Assembly: GCA_051294375.1 (NCBI GenBank)
Contig: CM119269.1
Location: forward strand, 3,266,026 to 3,330,025
Direction of reading: 5' to 3'
Length of the DNA stretch: 64,000 nt
Origin: Paraspadella gotoi
Lineage: Eukaryota; Animalia; Chaetognatha
Both the position numbers and the translations under genes were made by a program. Below, in pieces: positions 14,004-26,700 of this stretch (positions within the stretch are counted from its first letter, which is position 1; each line of letters begins with the position of its first letter). The notes under the pieces are model-generated. The model was given only the letters and a program-made list of their open reading frames with translations. It had not been told where the DNA came from and ran no database searches.

Positions 14004-15031
14004 GGGAGGAAAGAAGTTGAGATTTTTTGAGATTTTTTCCACATTTTCTTCGGCGGTTTCGTGTATGCGTTTTGTTTTTTGTTTCGGCGTTTAACTATTT
14101 ACTTATCTGTAGTTTTCTCGTTTTTCTTTTTTGTCCATGCGTTCGTAATCGAAAACAAGAGATTCGGTTTGGGTGTGATGACCTTGGAAAATTGACTTCG
14201 TAGGCAGAAGTCGAGTTTTTATTTTTTTTTAATAGATTTTAGAGATTTTAAAGTTTCTGTATTGCCTTAGGTCAATAAAAGTGATTGTTGGCAATTGAGT
14301 TTTTGTCCTCTCGTCTATCTCTGTCTGTGCCGTCTCGTGTCTTCGTCGAACGGTCAACAGACGAAATGAGTTTATTTTCTGGTCGACGGATGAAGCGCGC
14401 CGATTTTTATTGTAAACGCGGAAACAAAACCAAAGTGTGCGCTGAACGACGACAGCGTTCCAAATTTGGACCGGACAGCAGACGTTACGGTGAACCAGGT
14501 TGCGGTCCGCTCCGAGCCCGTCACAATGAAGTGAGACGGAAAAAACCGGGAGTTAAAGAAGGAAAAGTTTAAAGTATTTTTGTCCGTATGTTGTCTGTTC
14601 GTAAGTTTTGAAACGCCGTGGATTCGTCTAGCGAAAGATAGAAAAGAAAAAACGCGCCAGATTAAATGTTTTTATTTTATTTTTTTTGCTGTTCGCCAAT
14701 CCAGACGTGAAACTGGAAGGCGTATTGCAGGACTGAGTTTACATTCGTGAAAATCTGTAAGAGCGTGTGGTTTAATTTTCAACCTGCGATGTTTTGTCTT
14801 TTGATAATTTGACGGTTTTTTTTAAACATGAATTTATTATGTTTTATTTGATTTGAATATCGTCGTATCGTTGCGATATTTTTTCGCGTTTAGTTTATTT
14901 TTTATAAAAAACTTGGCAAGTAGACAGAGCTTGAAACGGAGTGCAAAAAATTGAATTGCCGTTTTCAAATACTTTTTTTAAGTGGCAAGATTCTAGATAT
15001 TCCAGACTTTAAACTTAAGGGAGGCGCGGCT

Positions 15032-15098
15032 CTTTTATACCGCCGCGTGTCGTGGCCGTCGTCTTCGTCGTCGTCTTTCTCGTCGCATATTGACGTCA
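15032..15098 (-). promoter_or_regulatory. Candidate TATA box (15032-15039) and CRE TGACGTCA (15091-15098), copy 1
   Basis: cttttata = TATAAAAG on the minus strand; perfect palindromic CRE ~55 bp upstream; second CRE at 15569. Confidence 0.4.
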
Positions 15099-15134
15099 AC
15101 AAAAATGCCGACATCGGCGCCCATGGTGTCTCCG

Positions 15135-15165
<31 letters not shown>

Positions 15166-17040
15166 TTCTTTTCTTTCTTCTTCTTCTTCTCTTCTTTCTT
15201 CTTCTTCTTCTCCTTCTCCTCGTCTTCAATACAGCCATGGCGACACCGTTCGGTCATCGTTGTGTCTTTCTCGTTGTACATTCCTTGTCTTGTGGGTCAT
15301 GCGTTTCTGTAATTGTTGTCATTCTTTGTTTTTTTTACAATATTGTAGAGTTGCTAATTAGATCAAAGGGTAAAGAAAACATGTTCGATTATTAATTTCT
15401 TCCGCCAGGTTTTTTTTGCGTTTTAACGGGGACCTGTCGTGTCTTTCGGAATGTTTTCTTATTCGTTTTAATCTCGAGAGGATCGAAAACTTGACTTCGT
15501 TGTGACAGTCAACTTGTCTAAAATCGTTGTCGACAATCAATCCTAATAATTTTCTTAAAATTGCTTTTTGACGTCAAACAATTAAGCGATTAAAATGAAA
15601 CTTTTTATAAAAGTGCATACATTTTTAAACATTTTTTAAAAAACTGAATTTTTTTAATTGTAAAAAAAAGAAGTTTTGATTTAATCCATATATTTTAAAG
15701 TTAAATCCTTTTTTCATAATATCTTATTAGTTTCTAAAAACCATTTCTTGACTCTGGAAATAAAGACGTCATGAAAGGGTGCCAAATTACCGAAAGATAA
15801 ATACGAAAATGACGAGGGCTTTCGTCTTAAGAAATGAATGAAATAATAATTTTAATCATGTCGTTTCAATGAGACGGTTTTGGTCATCGTTTTGTTTAAA
15901 CGTTCTTGCTATCTGTCTCCGATGTACATTTATACAATCTCAGTTAATAAATTTATATATCTAAAGAATTTGTCACTACGAAATTTTTAATTTTATGAGA
16001 CACGAAAGCCAAAGGAAAATTTTTTCAAACGAGCCAAAGATTGCAAATATTCTGATCACAATTTCTATATGACGAAAAACTCATAAACAATTAACAATAT
16101 AAAAAAATTCATCAACATCAGAAATAAGTTTTATTCAAACCAAACACCGGTCTGCACTGGTAGGCTGACTTCGTCCAGATAAGGCCAGCTCGTGTTGACG
16201 TAAACTCGCGTCCCTAATGTCATTTCCGTTTATCTGCGATGTCGTTATCGTCGTCGATCATCGTTGTCGTCATCGTCATTGTCATCGTCGTCGTCGTCGT
16301 CGTCGAGATCGTCGACGTCATCGTTCGTCGTCGATCTTTGACCTCGACTTGACTTGACAGGTCAGATGACAACGTTTCATGCCGTCCGATCCTCGTCATC
16401 GTTCGTTGTCATACGTCGTTGTCATCGTCGTCCTCATCGTCGTCGAGCAGGATTCCGCTATGTTTTTTCCCACGAAATCTCTTCCATCGCACGTGGCTCT
16501 GAAAAAAAAACCAAACTTTTGAGAAGATGGAAAATTAGATCGGATCTGTGTTGTGAACGTGATTCACGTTGACCGCGAGGATCACGCTTACGAGAAACTT
16601 CGACTTCCTCAATCATCCCCGCGTGAGAAACGCCTTTCAGATTTCACCTCTTGCCCAGATTACGAGGAAATCCCCAGCCGAGTTCGTAGTGCCGCGTCCG
16701 AGTCACTGAAGTCACTAGTCACGCCCCATCGATTTTCCTTTCTCCCCTATATTCTCGATCGATTAATTTTTTTTTTATCAGATTCCTCCGTTGAAATTCA
16801 CTCCTCAATAGAAAAGGTTCTTCTTTCTCCCAACGATTTAAATGTCCGCCATTACTTTTTATTTCACCCAACGATTTCCTCGCGACCAACAAATTTGTTT
16901 CTCTCCTCTTCCCGAATTCGCTGTAATTTATTTCCCATCCGCGATCAAATGTATTTCGACTTTTCCCTTCTTTTATTGGATCTCGCCAGAAACCTTTTAT
17001 TTGTATCAATCAATCAATCCATCAATTCAACAATTGAATA

Positions 17041-17106
17041 AATAAAAAAAAAAAAAATAAATAAATAAATAAAATAATAGATAAATAAATAAAATAAATA
17101 AAATAA

Positions 17107-17137
<31 letters not shown>

Positions 17138-17155
17138 AAAATAATAAAATAAAAT
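17041..17155. repeat. (TAAA)n microsatellite (inverted copies at ~23715-23830 and ~36822-36930)
   Basis: Direct inspection. Confidence 0.9.
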
Positions 17156-17469
17156 TAACTGTATTATATCGTTCTGAGTTTAAAAAATTCCACCCTCTAT
17201 TAAAAATTCTCTAGTCCTACCATTTCCCCCCCCCCTCACCCGGCCCCAGGCCCACCCCCGATACCCCTCAAAACCATCAATTTCAACCGCCCCCCACCCC
17301 CACCCCCACACCATCTTCCCTCCCCTCCACTCCAATTTCCCGCCCGCCAAGATTCGCGAATGGCAAATGTAATAAAAATTTGGTGCAGGAATCGGAAGCC
17401 GCGCAAGAGAAAAAGTTCCGGCGTCTGATCGCCTCAGTCGATTTCCTGATTTTTAATCACTCGAGGGCG

Positions 17470-17715
17470 TCCGTGACATCGGTGAGAGTCCGGCGAGAGT
17501 CGTGAGAGTCCGGTGAGAGTCGCGTGAGAGACTCCGTGTGAGATCGGAGTCGGTAGAGAGTCCGTGACAGCTCGGGAGAGTCGGGAGAGATCGGTGAGAG
17601 TCGGTGGAGTCGGTGAGATCGGTGATGAGATCACGTGAGAGTCCGGTCGACGAAGTCGTGTGAGGCAGTCGCGTGAGAGTCGCTCTCGAGAGTCGGTGAG
17701 AGTCGTGTGACAGTG
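17470..17715. repeat. 10-bp tandem repeat (GTCGGTGAGA)n, noisy copy 1
   Basis: Reverse complement of the clean array at 36300-36515. Confidence 0.85.
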
Positions 17716-18084
17716 ACTGCGTGTACGCTGCGTTAAAAGGCGTTGACGATGGTTCTACGCGGTGACTGCAATTAAATGGGGATTCGTTAGTAGTTTCGGG
17801 CGTTCGAACCGTCGTGAAAACTGCATAATCTTAATTACGAAATTTATGAACTATTCTGTAATTGGATCGATGGAACAAATATCTGGGATATTCGAGACAG
17901 GAGCCACTTACAAAATTTTACAAATAAACTACTCACTATATATATCGATATCCTGTCTGATTTCTCATCCAAATCTTTTTTTCCTTGATGAGTCAATTTC
18001 AGGTGACTCGACTCTTCGCCTCAGAGCAAAACTACTGCTATGCTCCACCCGCAGAGAATCTTCACTTAGCGTGTAACTCACCCA

Positions 18085-18545
18085 TTACTTCCTCCTCCTC
18101 GTACCTTCCTTCCCTTCCTTCCTTCCTTCCCTTCCTTCCTCCCTTCCTTCCCTTCCTTCCTTCCTTCCTTCTCTCCTGCTTCCCTTCCTTGCTTCCTCTC
18201 TTCCTTCGCCTTACTTTCTTCCTTCTTTTTCCTTTTCTCACGAAATTTCCTTTTCTTCTCTTCTATTCTCCTTTCCTTCTTATTCTTTTATTCTTTTCTT
18301 ATTCTATTCTCCTTCGATTCTCATTCTGCTCTTCTCCTCTCGTTCTTTCCTTTCTTTCTTTTCTTTTACTGATTGATTTCTTTTCTCGTCTCGTCTCGTC
18401 CTCTTTTCTTCTCTTCTCTTTTCTTTTCTTTTCTTTTCTTTCTTCTTTCTTTCTTTTCTTTTCTTTTCTTTCTTTTCTTATCTTGTTCTCCTTCTTCTTT
18501 TCTTCTCTCTCTTCTCTTTTCTTTTCGCTCTCGTTCTCCCATCTT
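18085..18545. repeat. Compound pyrimidine microsatellite (TTCC)n/(TTTTC)n (inverted copies ~22325-22770 and ~35540-35962)
   Basis: Direct inspection; source of spurious F/L/S-rich and K/R/E-rich ORFs. Confidence 0.9.
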
Positions 18546-19334
18546 TCCCGCAACCTCTTTCTCCATCCCCATTCTCCACACCCGGAACCTCAACTGCGAC
18601 CACAAATCCGCCTCTCAGCGGTTAACTTCTCGCACTCCTGTCGCATAGTTTCGTGTCGCCGACGCCCGTAAAATCGGCCGGCGCATCTCCGCCACCGCCG
18701 CTTCAGCAGCTGCAGCGGAAGCCGAAGAAAGAAGTAGATCGGTCTTTAGGGTTAAAGAATTGTTGTTGTTCATTTCATATTTAACGTTTTTTTTTTAAAT
18801 GAAATATCCTGATTTCCTACTCTGGTAGCATTAGTTGTTTTTTTTCTTACCATTCACTATCGCGGGATCAATGCAATTGGGACACAATTAATTTCATCCC
18901 AATAATAACTCTCTTGCGTCCGACTGGTGATATGCGTTGTAATTTAACTATTATTAGACTAATGGTTAACTTTCGTGGTTCTACCTCGAACTCTAGAATT
19001 TCCATTCGCGACGCGATGACCAAAATTCGTTGAGGTGTGTGCGAGTCAGCGCGAATAAAGATGCTCACGTGGGATTGTGGTAAAGGAGTCAGAGAAAACG
19101 GAGACCGGAGAATCGGGCGTAGCGATTTGGTTGAGTTCTATAGGACCAGTGGAGGCTGCATACTATGCATAGGACGGTCGAGGGAGGATGAAAATTACAT
19201 CGAATAGGGTCGATATTGGGAGAGAAAAGCGATTCAGGCGAAGATGATTCTGTTTACTCGTTTCGTCGATCTCTGCATTGAAAACGAAATTTGGAAAAGT
19301 CGGGAAGGAAAGGAAAAGGGAGGGGAGGAAGAGA

Positions 19335-19377
<43 letters not shown>

Positions 19378-19378
19378 C

Positions 19379-19410
<32 letters not shown>

Positions 19411-19998
19411 CCCCAGAAAAGGGGAAGGGAAAGGCGGGGAAAAGAGAATCCGCGACGGACGAAAACTGCGAAAGGAAAAAAAGTTGGGAAGAGGAAAATG
19501 CGTGCATTCGATTTCCAGAGTCGATTCTCCCGGACACGATACCGGTTGGCCAGACGAGTTTCAACCTTTTCTCTTATTATTCTGTTTCGTTTTGTTTTAA
19601 ATCTTTACATAACTATAAAAAGATTATCGTCGGACTTGCATGGTAGAATTTTTGATAAAAAACTAATTTAAAAAAAAAACAAACAATACATTAAAAATAC
19701 GTTGCATAGAAAATAAAGAAGAAAAAAAAAACCAACTGGGCGTTTTGAAACGACTTTAAAAGTATATAACCGGTACAGTGGGAGGTTTTCATTCCTCGAT
19801 TAAACCTCCCACGAGATAAAATTCGTGACGGTAAAAACAGTTTTTAACGATCTCACACCGAACGAAAAAAAATAATACAAAAGCCGAAAAAGTCGCTTCG
19901 AATCACATTTCAACCATCGTGTCACTCAGTTTTTTTTTCGAAGTTGACACCGGAAAAATGTTGTTTTATTTGGNNNNNNNNNNNNNNNNNNNNNNNNN

Positions 19999-20358
19999 TA
20001 TAGATCGAGTAAGAAAGCGGCGGAATTCTAGAAGAAGAACGCGATATTTTTAGAATTTACATCGGAAAATCGTTATTTGTCGGCGACTTGGAAATGATGC
20101 TTGTTATATTAAATTTATTGTTTTTTTATTAATCATTTGTGTTTAGTATATTTTATTGGTTATTTGTTGTGATACGTGAACGAAGAATACAATGTGAAAA
20201 AAGAAGAGAGTCAAAAAAATTCTCAATTAAAGGTTTCACACAGTACGAATTTTAAAAATTGGAGATTTTATTATTTGTGTCGTTTTGGAGAAAAAAAAAT
20301 TCAAGTAGTAAAGGAAAAAATGCATTTCGAATTGACGGCAATTAACAACGAAAGGTCG

Positions 20359-20397
<39 letters not shown>

Positions 20398-20401
20398 TCT
20401 G

Positions 20402-20436
<35 letters not shown>

Positions 20437-20818
20437 TTCTCTCTCTCTTTTTTGCTTTATCTCTTCTTTCTCTCTCTCTTCCTCTCTCTCTCTCTCTTCT
20501 CTCTTCTCTCTCCATCTCTCTCTCTCTCTATCTCTCTCTCGTCTCTCTCTCTCTCTCTCCTCTCCCTACCCGCGGCACATCTTGGCATCTTGATCGATCT
20601 CAAGAGACACAAAACAATCTTTCCGACGAGAAAATAAAAAAAACGCAAACAAAAAAATCACAGTATCGGGATTGTGATAAAGAATCGAAAGAACTAACAA
20701 AGTCAGTCGGAGATCCGAACAGACCGAAAAAAAACAAAAAGTTAGGTGTGATAAAGAATAACGAGAGAGAGAGAGAGGAGAGAGAGAAGAGAGAGAGAAG
20801 AGAGAGAGAGAGAGGAGT

Positions 20819-20878
<60 letters not shown>

Positions 20879-21462
20879 AAATCTAAATAAAACAACATTT
20901 TTTCCGGTGTCCAACTTCGAAAAAAAAACTGAGTGTGACACGATGGTTGAAATGTGATTGCGAAGCGACTTTTTCGGCTTTTGTATTATTTTTTTTTCGT
21001 TGGTGTGAGATCGTTAAAAACTGTTTTTTAACCGTCAGCGAATATTTATCTCGTGGAGGTTTAATCGAGGAATGAAACCTCCACTGTACCGGTTATATAC
21101 TTTTAAAGTCGCTTTTCAAAACGCCCAGTTGGTTTTTTTTTTTTTCTTTATTTTCTATGCAACGTATTTTTAATAGTATTGTTTGTTTTTTTTAAATTAG
21201 TTTTTTATCAAAAATTCTAATAATGCAAGTCGGGCGACGATAATCTTTTTTATAGTTATGTAAAGATTTAAAACAAAACGAAACAGAATAAAAAGAGAAA
21301 AGGTTGAAACTCGTCTGGCCAACCGGTATCGTGTCGCGGGAGAATCGACTTGGAAATCGAATGCACGCATTTTCTCTTTTCCCAAGCTTTTTTTCCTTTC
21401 GCAGCTTTTCGTCCGTCGCGGATTCTCTTTCCCCGCCTTCTCCCTTCCCCTTTTGCTCTTCG

Positions 21463-21494
<32 letters not shown>

Positions 21495-21502
21495 TGCTCT
21501 CT

Positions 21503-21533
<31 letters not shown>

Positions 21534-23728
21534 TCTTTCCTCCCCTCCCTTTCCTTTCCTCTCCGACTTTTCCAAATTTGCGTTTTCCAATGCAGAGATC
21601 GAGAAACGAGTATAACAGAATCCATCTTCGCCTGAATCGCTTTTTCTTCCCAATATCGACCCTATTCGATGTAATTTTCATCCTCCCTCGACCGTCCTAT
21701 GCATAGTATGCAGCCTCCACTGGTCATATAGAACCACCAAATCGCTACCCGATTCTCCGGTCTCCGTTTTCTCTGACTCCTTTACCACAATCCCACGTGA
21801 GCATCTTTATTCGCCGCTGACTCGCACACACTCAACGAATTTTTGGTCATCGCGTCGCGAATGGAAATTCTCTAGAGTTCGAGGTAGAAACCACGAAAGT
21901 TAACATTAGTCTAATAATAGTTAAATTACAACCATTCCACCAGTCGGACGCAGATGAGTTATTATTGGGATGAAATAATTGTTGTCGCCAATTGCATGTT
22001 AGATGCCCGCGAGATAGTATGGTAAGAAAAAAAAGACATAATGCTACCAGGTAGGAACTAGGATATTTCATTTAAGAGAAAAAACGATTAAAATTATGAA
22101 ATAGAACGAACAACAATTCTTTAACCCTAAAGTACCGATGCACTATCTTTCTTCGGCTTCCGCTGCAGCTGCTGAAGCGGCGGTGCGGCGGAGACGCCGC
22201 CGTTTTACGGCGTCGGCGACACGCAAACTGCGACAGGAGTGCGTAAATTACCGGAGAGGCGGATTTGTGGTCGCAGTTGAGGTTCCATGGGTGTCGGAGA
22301 ATGGGGATGGAGAAAGAGGTTGCGGGAGAAGAAGGGAGAAGAGAGGAAAAAAAAGAGAAGAGAGAGAAGAAAAGAAGAAGAGAACAAGAAAGAGAAAGAA
22401 AGCAGAAAAGAAAAGAAAAGAAAAGAAGAAAGAAAAGAAAAGAAAGAAAAGAGAAGAGAGAAAAGAGACGAGACGAGACGAGAAAAGAAATACATATAAA
22501 AGAAAAGAAAGAAAGGAAAGAACGAGGGAGAAGAGCAGAGAGTGAGGAATACCAAAGAAGACAAGAAGTAAATAAAAAGAAAAGACAGAAAGGAAGAATA
22601 GAAGAGAAGAAAAGGAAATTTCGTGAGAAAAGGAAAAAGAGAAGGAAGATAAGTAAGGCTAGGAAGGAAGAGACGGAAGGCAAGAAGGAGCAGAAGGAAG
22701 GAAGGCAAGGAAGGAAGGAAGGGAAGGAAGGAGGAAGGAAGTGACGGGAAGGAAGGAAGGGAAGAAGGTACGAGGGGAAAGTAATGGTGAGTTACAGTAA
22801 GTGGAAGTCTCTGCGGGTGGAGCAAGCAGTGTTGTTGACTCCTGAGGCGAGAGCGAGTATCGACCGACAATTGATCATCAGAGGAAAAGAAAGATTTGGA
22901 TAGAAATCAAAGGATATCGATATATAGATAGTGAGGTAATTAATTTGAAATTTTTGTAAGGTGGCTCCTGTCTCGAATATCACCAGATATTTGTTCCATC
23001 GTCCAATTACAGAATAGTTCACTAAATCGGATTAAATTAATGCAGTTTTCACGACGGTTCGAACGCCCAGAAACTACTAAGAATCCCCACTTTAAATTGC
23101 AGTCACCGCTAGAACCATCGTCACTGCCTTTTTTAACGCAGCGTACACGGCAGTCACTGTCACGATCTCGACTCTCACCGACTCTCCCGATTACGAGCGA
23201 CTCTCACCGACGTCTCACGACGACTCGTCACGCGACTCTCCCGTGAGCTCATCACCGATGGTCTCGCTCACCGACTCCTCAGACCGATCTCCTCCCGACC
23301 CCGAGCTGTCACGGACTCTCACCGACTTCACCGACTCTCACACGACATCCCACCGACTCTCACCGGCACTCTCGTCCGACTCTCACCGACTGTCACGACG
23401 CCCTCAGTGATTAAAAATCAGGAAATCGACTGAGGCAGATCAAGACGCCGGAGACTTTTTCTCTTAGCGCTTCGATCTCCTGCACCAAATTTTTATTACA
23501 TTTCCCATTCGCGAATCTTGGCGGGCGAGAATTGGAGTGGAGGGGAGGGAAGATGGGTGGGGGTGGGGGTGGGGGGCGGTTGAAATTGATGGTTTGAGGG
23601 GCTATCGGGGGTGGCCCTGGGGCCGGGTAGGGGGGGGGGAAATGGTAGGACAGAGAATTTTTATAGAGGTGGAATAGTTTTTAAAACTCAGAACGATAAG
23701 ATAATCAGTTAATTTTATTTTATTGATG

Positions 23729-23759
<31 letters not shown>

Positions 23760-26700
23760 TTATTATTTATTTATTTATTTTATTTATTTATCTATTATTT
23801 TTATTTATTTATTTATTTTTTTTTTTTTATTTATCTCAATTGTTTTGATTGATGGGATTGATTGATTGATAAAATAAAAGGTTTCGGCAGATCAATAAAA
23901 GAAGGGAAAAGTCGAAATACATTTGATCGCGGAATGGGAGAAATAAAATTAGCGCGAATTCGGGAGAGCAGGAGAGAAACAAATTTGTTGGTCGCGAGGA
24001 AATCGTTTGGGGAAATAAAAAGTAAAGGCGGGCATTTAACGTTGGTGAGAAGAAGAACCTTTTCTATTGGAGGAGTGAATTTCAAAGCGGAGGAATCTGA
24101 AAAAAAAAAAATATCGACTCGAGATATAGAGAGGGAGAAAGGAAAATCGATGGGCGGCTAGTGACTAGTGACTTCGTGACCGTCACAGCGCCTACGAACT
24201 CGGCTGGGGATTTCCTCGTAATCTGCGGCAAGAGGTGAAATCTGAAAGGCTTTCTCACGCGGGGGATGATTGAGGAAGTCGAATTCTCGTAAGGTGATCC
24301 TCGGCGTCACGTGAATCACGTTCACATCACAGATCCAGATCTTAATTTTCATCTTCTCAAAAGTGTTGGTTTTTTTTCAGAGCCACGTGCGATGGAAGAG
24401 ATTTCGTGGGAAAAAAAATAGCGGAATCCTCGCTCGACGACGATGACGGACGACGGATGACAACGACGTATGCAACACGAGACGTGACGAGGATGACGCG
24501 ATGAAAACGTTGTCGATCTGACCTGTCAAGTCAAGTGAGAAGTCAAAGATCGACGACGAACGATGACGTCGACGATTCGCGTCGACGACGAACGACGACG
24601 ATGACAATGACGATGACGACAACGATGACGAGACGATAACGAACATCGCAGATAAACGGAAATGACATTAGGACGCGAGTTTACGTCAACCGAGGCGGCT
24701 CTTGAATCTGACGAAGTCAGCCTACAGTGCAGACCGGTGTTTGTTTGAATAAAACTTATTTCTATGTTGATGAATTTTTTTTATATTGTTATTTGTTTAT
24801 GAGTTTTTTCGTCATATAGAAATTGTGATCAGAATATTGCAATCTTTGGCTCGTTGAAAAAATTTTCCTTTGGCTTCGTTCTCATAAATTAACAAAATTT
24901 CGTAGTGAAAATTCTTTAGATATATAAATTTATTACGAGATTGTAATAAATGTCAATCGAGACATAGCGAAGAACGTTTAAACAAAACGTGACCACAAAA
25001 CCGTCTCATTGAAACGACATGATTAAAATTATTATTTCATTCATTTCTTAAGACGAAAGCCCTCGTCTTTTTCGTATTTATCTTTCGGTAATTTGCAGAC
25101 CCTTTAGACGTCTTTATTTCCAGAGTTCAAGAAATGGTTTTTAGAAACTTAATAAGATATTATGAAAAAAGGATTTAACTTAAAATATATGGATTAAATA
25201 AACCTTCTTTTTTTTAACATTAAAAAAATTCATTTTTTAAAAAATGTTTAAAAATGTATGCCTTTTATAAAAAGTTTGCATTTTTAATCGCTTAATTTTT
25301 GACGTCAAAAAGCAATTATTAAAAAAGTGTTATTAGGATTGATTGTCCAACGATTTTAGACAAGTGACTGTCACAACGAAGTCAAGTTTTCGATCCTTCG
25401 AGATTAAACGAATAGAAAACATTCCCAAGACACGACAGGTCCGCCGTTAAAACGGAAAATAAAACCTGGCGAAGAAATTAATATCGAAACTAATGTTTTC
25501 TTACCCTTTGGATCTAATTAGCAACTCTACAATATTTGTAAAAAAAACAAAGAATGACAAACAATTACAGAACGCATGACCACAAGACAAGGAATGACAA
25601 CGAGAAAGACACAACGATGACCGAACGGTGTCGCCATGGCTGTATGAAGACGAGGAAGAAGGAGAAGAAGAAGAAGAAAGAAGAGAAGAAGAAGAAGAAG
25701 AAGAAAGAAGAAGAAGAAGAGGCAAGAAGAAGAAGAAGACGGAGACACCATGGCGCCGATGTCGGCATTTTGTGACGTCAATATGACGACGAGAAAGACG
25801 ACGACGAAGACGACGCCACGACGCGCGGCCGGTATAAAAGAGCCCGCGCCTCCCCTTAAGTTAAAGTCTGGAATATCTAGAATCTTCCACTTAAAAAAAG
25901 TATTTGAAAACGGCATTCAATTTTGCACTTCCGTTTCAAGCTCTGTCTACTTGCCAAGTTTTTTTAAAAAATAAACTAAACGCGAAAAAATATCGCAACG
26001 ATACCGAGATATTTCAAATCAAATAAAACATAATAAATTTCATTGTTAAAAATAAAACGTCAAAATTATCAAAAGACAAAACAATCGCAGGTTGAAAAAT
26101 TAACACCACGCTCTTAAGAATTTCACGAATGTAAACTCAGTCCTGCAATAACGCTTCCAGTTTCCGTTCTGGGATTGGCGAACAGCAAAAAAAGTAAAAA
26201 TAAAACACTTTAAATCTGGCGCGTTTTTCTTCTCCGTTTTCGCTAGACGAATCCACGGCGTTTCACAAAACTACGAACAGACAACATAACGGACACAAAA
26301 ATACCTTTAAACTTTTCTTTCTTTACTCCCGGTTTTTTCCCGTCTCACTCATTGTGACGGGCTCGTGAGGACCGCACCTGGTTCACCGTAACGTCTGCGT
26401 GTCCGGTTCCAAATTTGGAACGCTGTCGTGTCAGCGCACACTTTGTTTTGTTTCCGCGTTTACAATAAAATCGGCGTCGCGTTCATCGTCGACCAGAAAA
26501 TACTCATTTCGTCTGTTGACCGTTCGACGAAGACACGATACGGCACAGACAAGAGATAGACGAGAGGACAAAAACTCAATTGCCAACAATCTTTTAATTG
26601 ACCTCTAAGCAATACAGAAAACCTTTAAAAATCTCTAAATCTACTAAAAAAAATATAAAAAACTCGACTTCTGCTACGAAGTCAATTTTCCAAGGTCTAT

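Larger units (their letters stand above)
10960..19973 (+). repeat. Copy 1 of a ~9-kb block (reverse complement of 20884-29920 and 34160-42800)
   Basis: Starts atgtgttgccaatgcggaattc; its reverse complement gaattccgcat(t)tggcaacac ends copies 2 and 3; internal landmarks are collinear. Confidence 0.97.
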
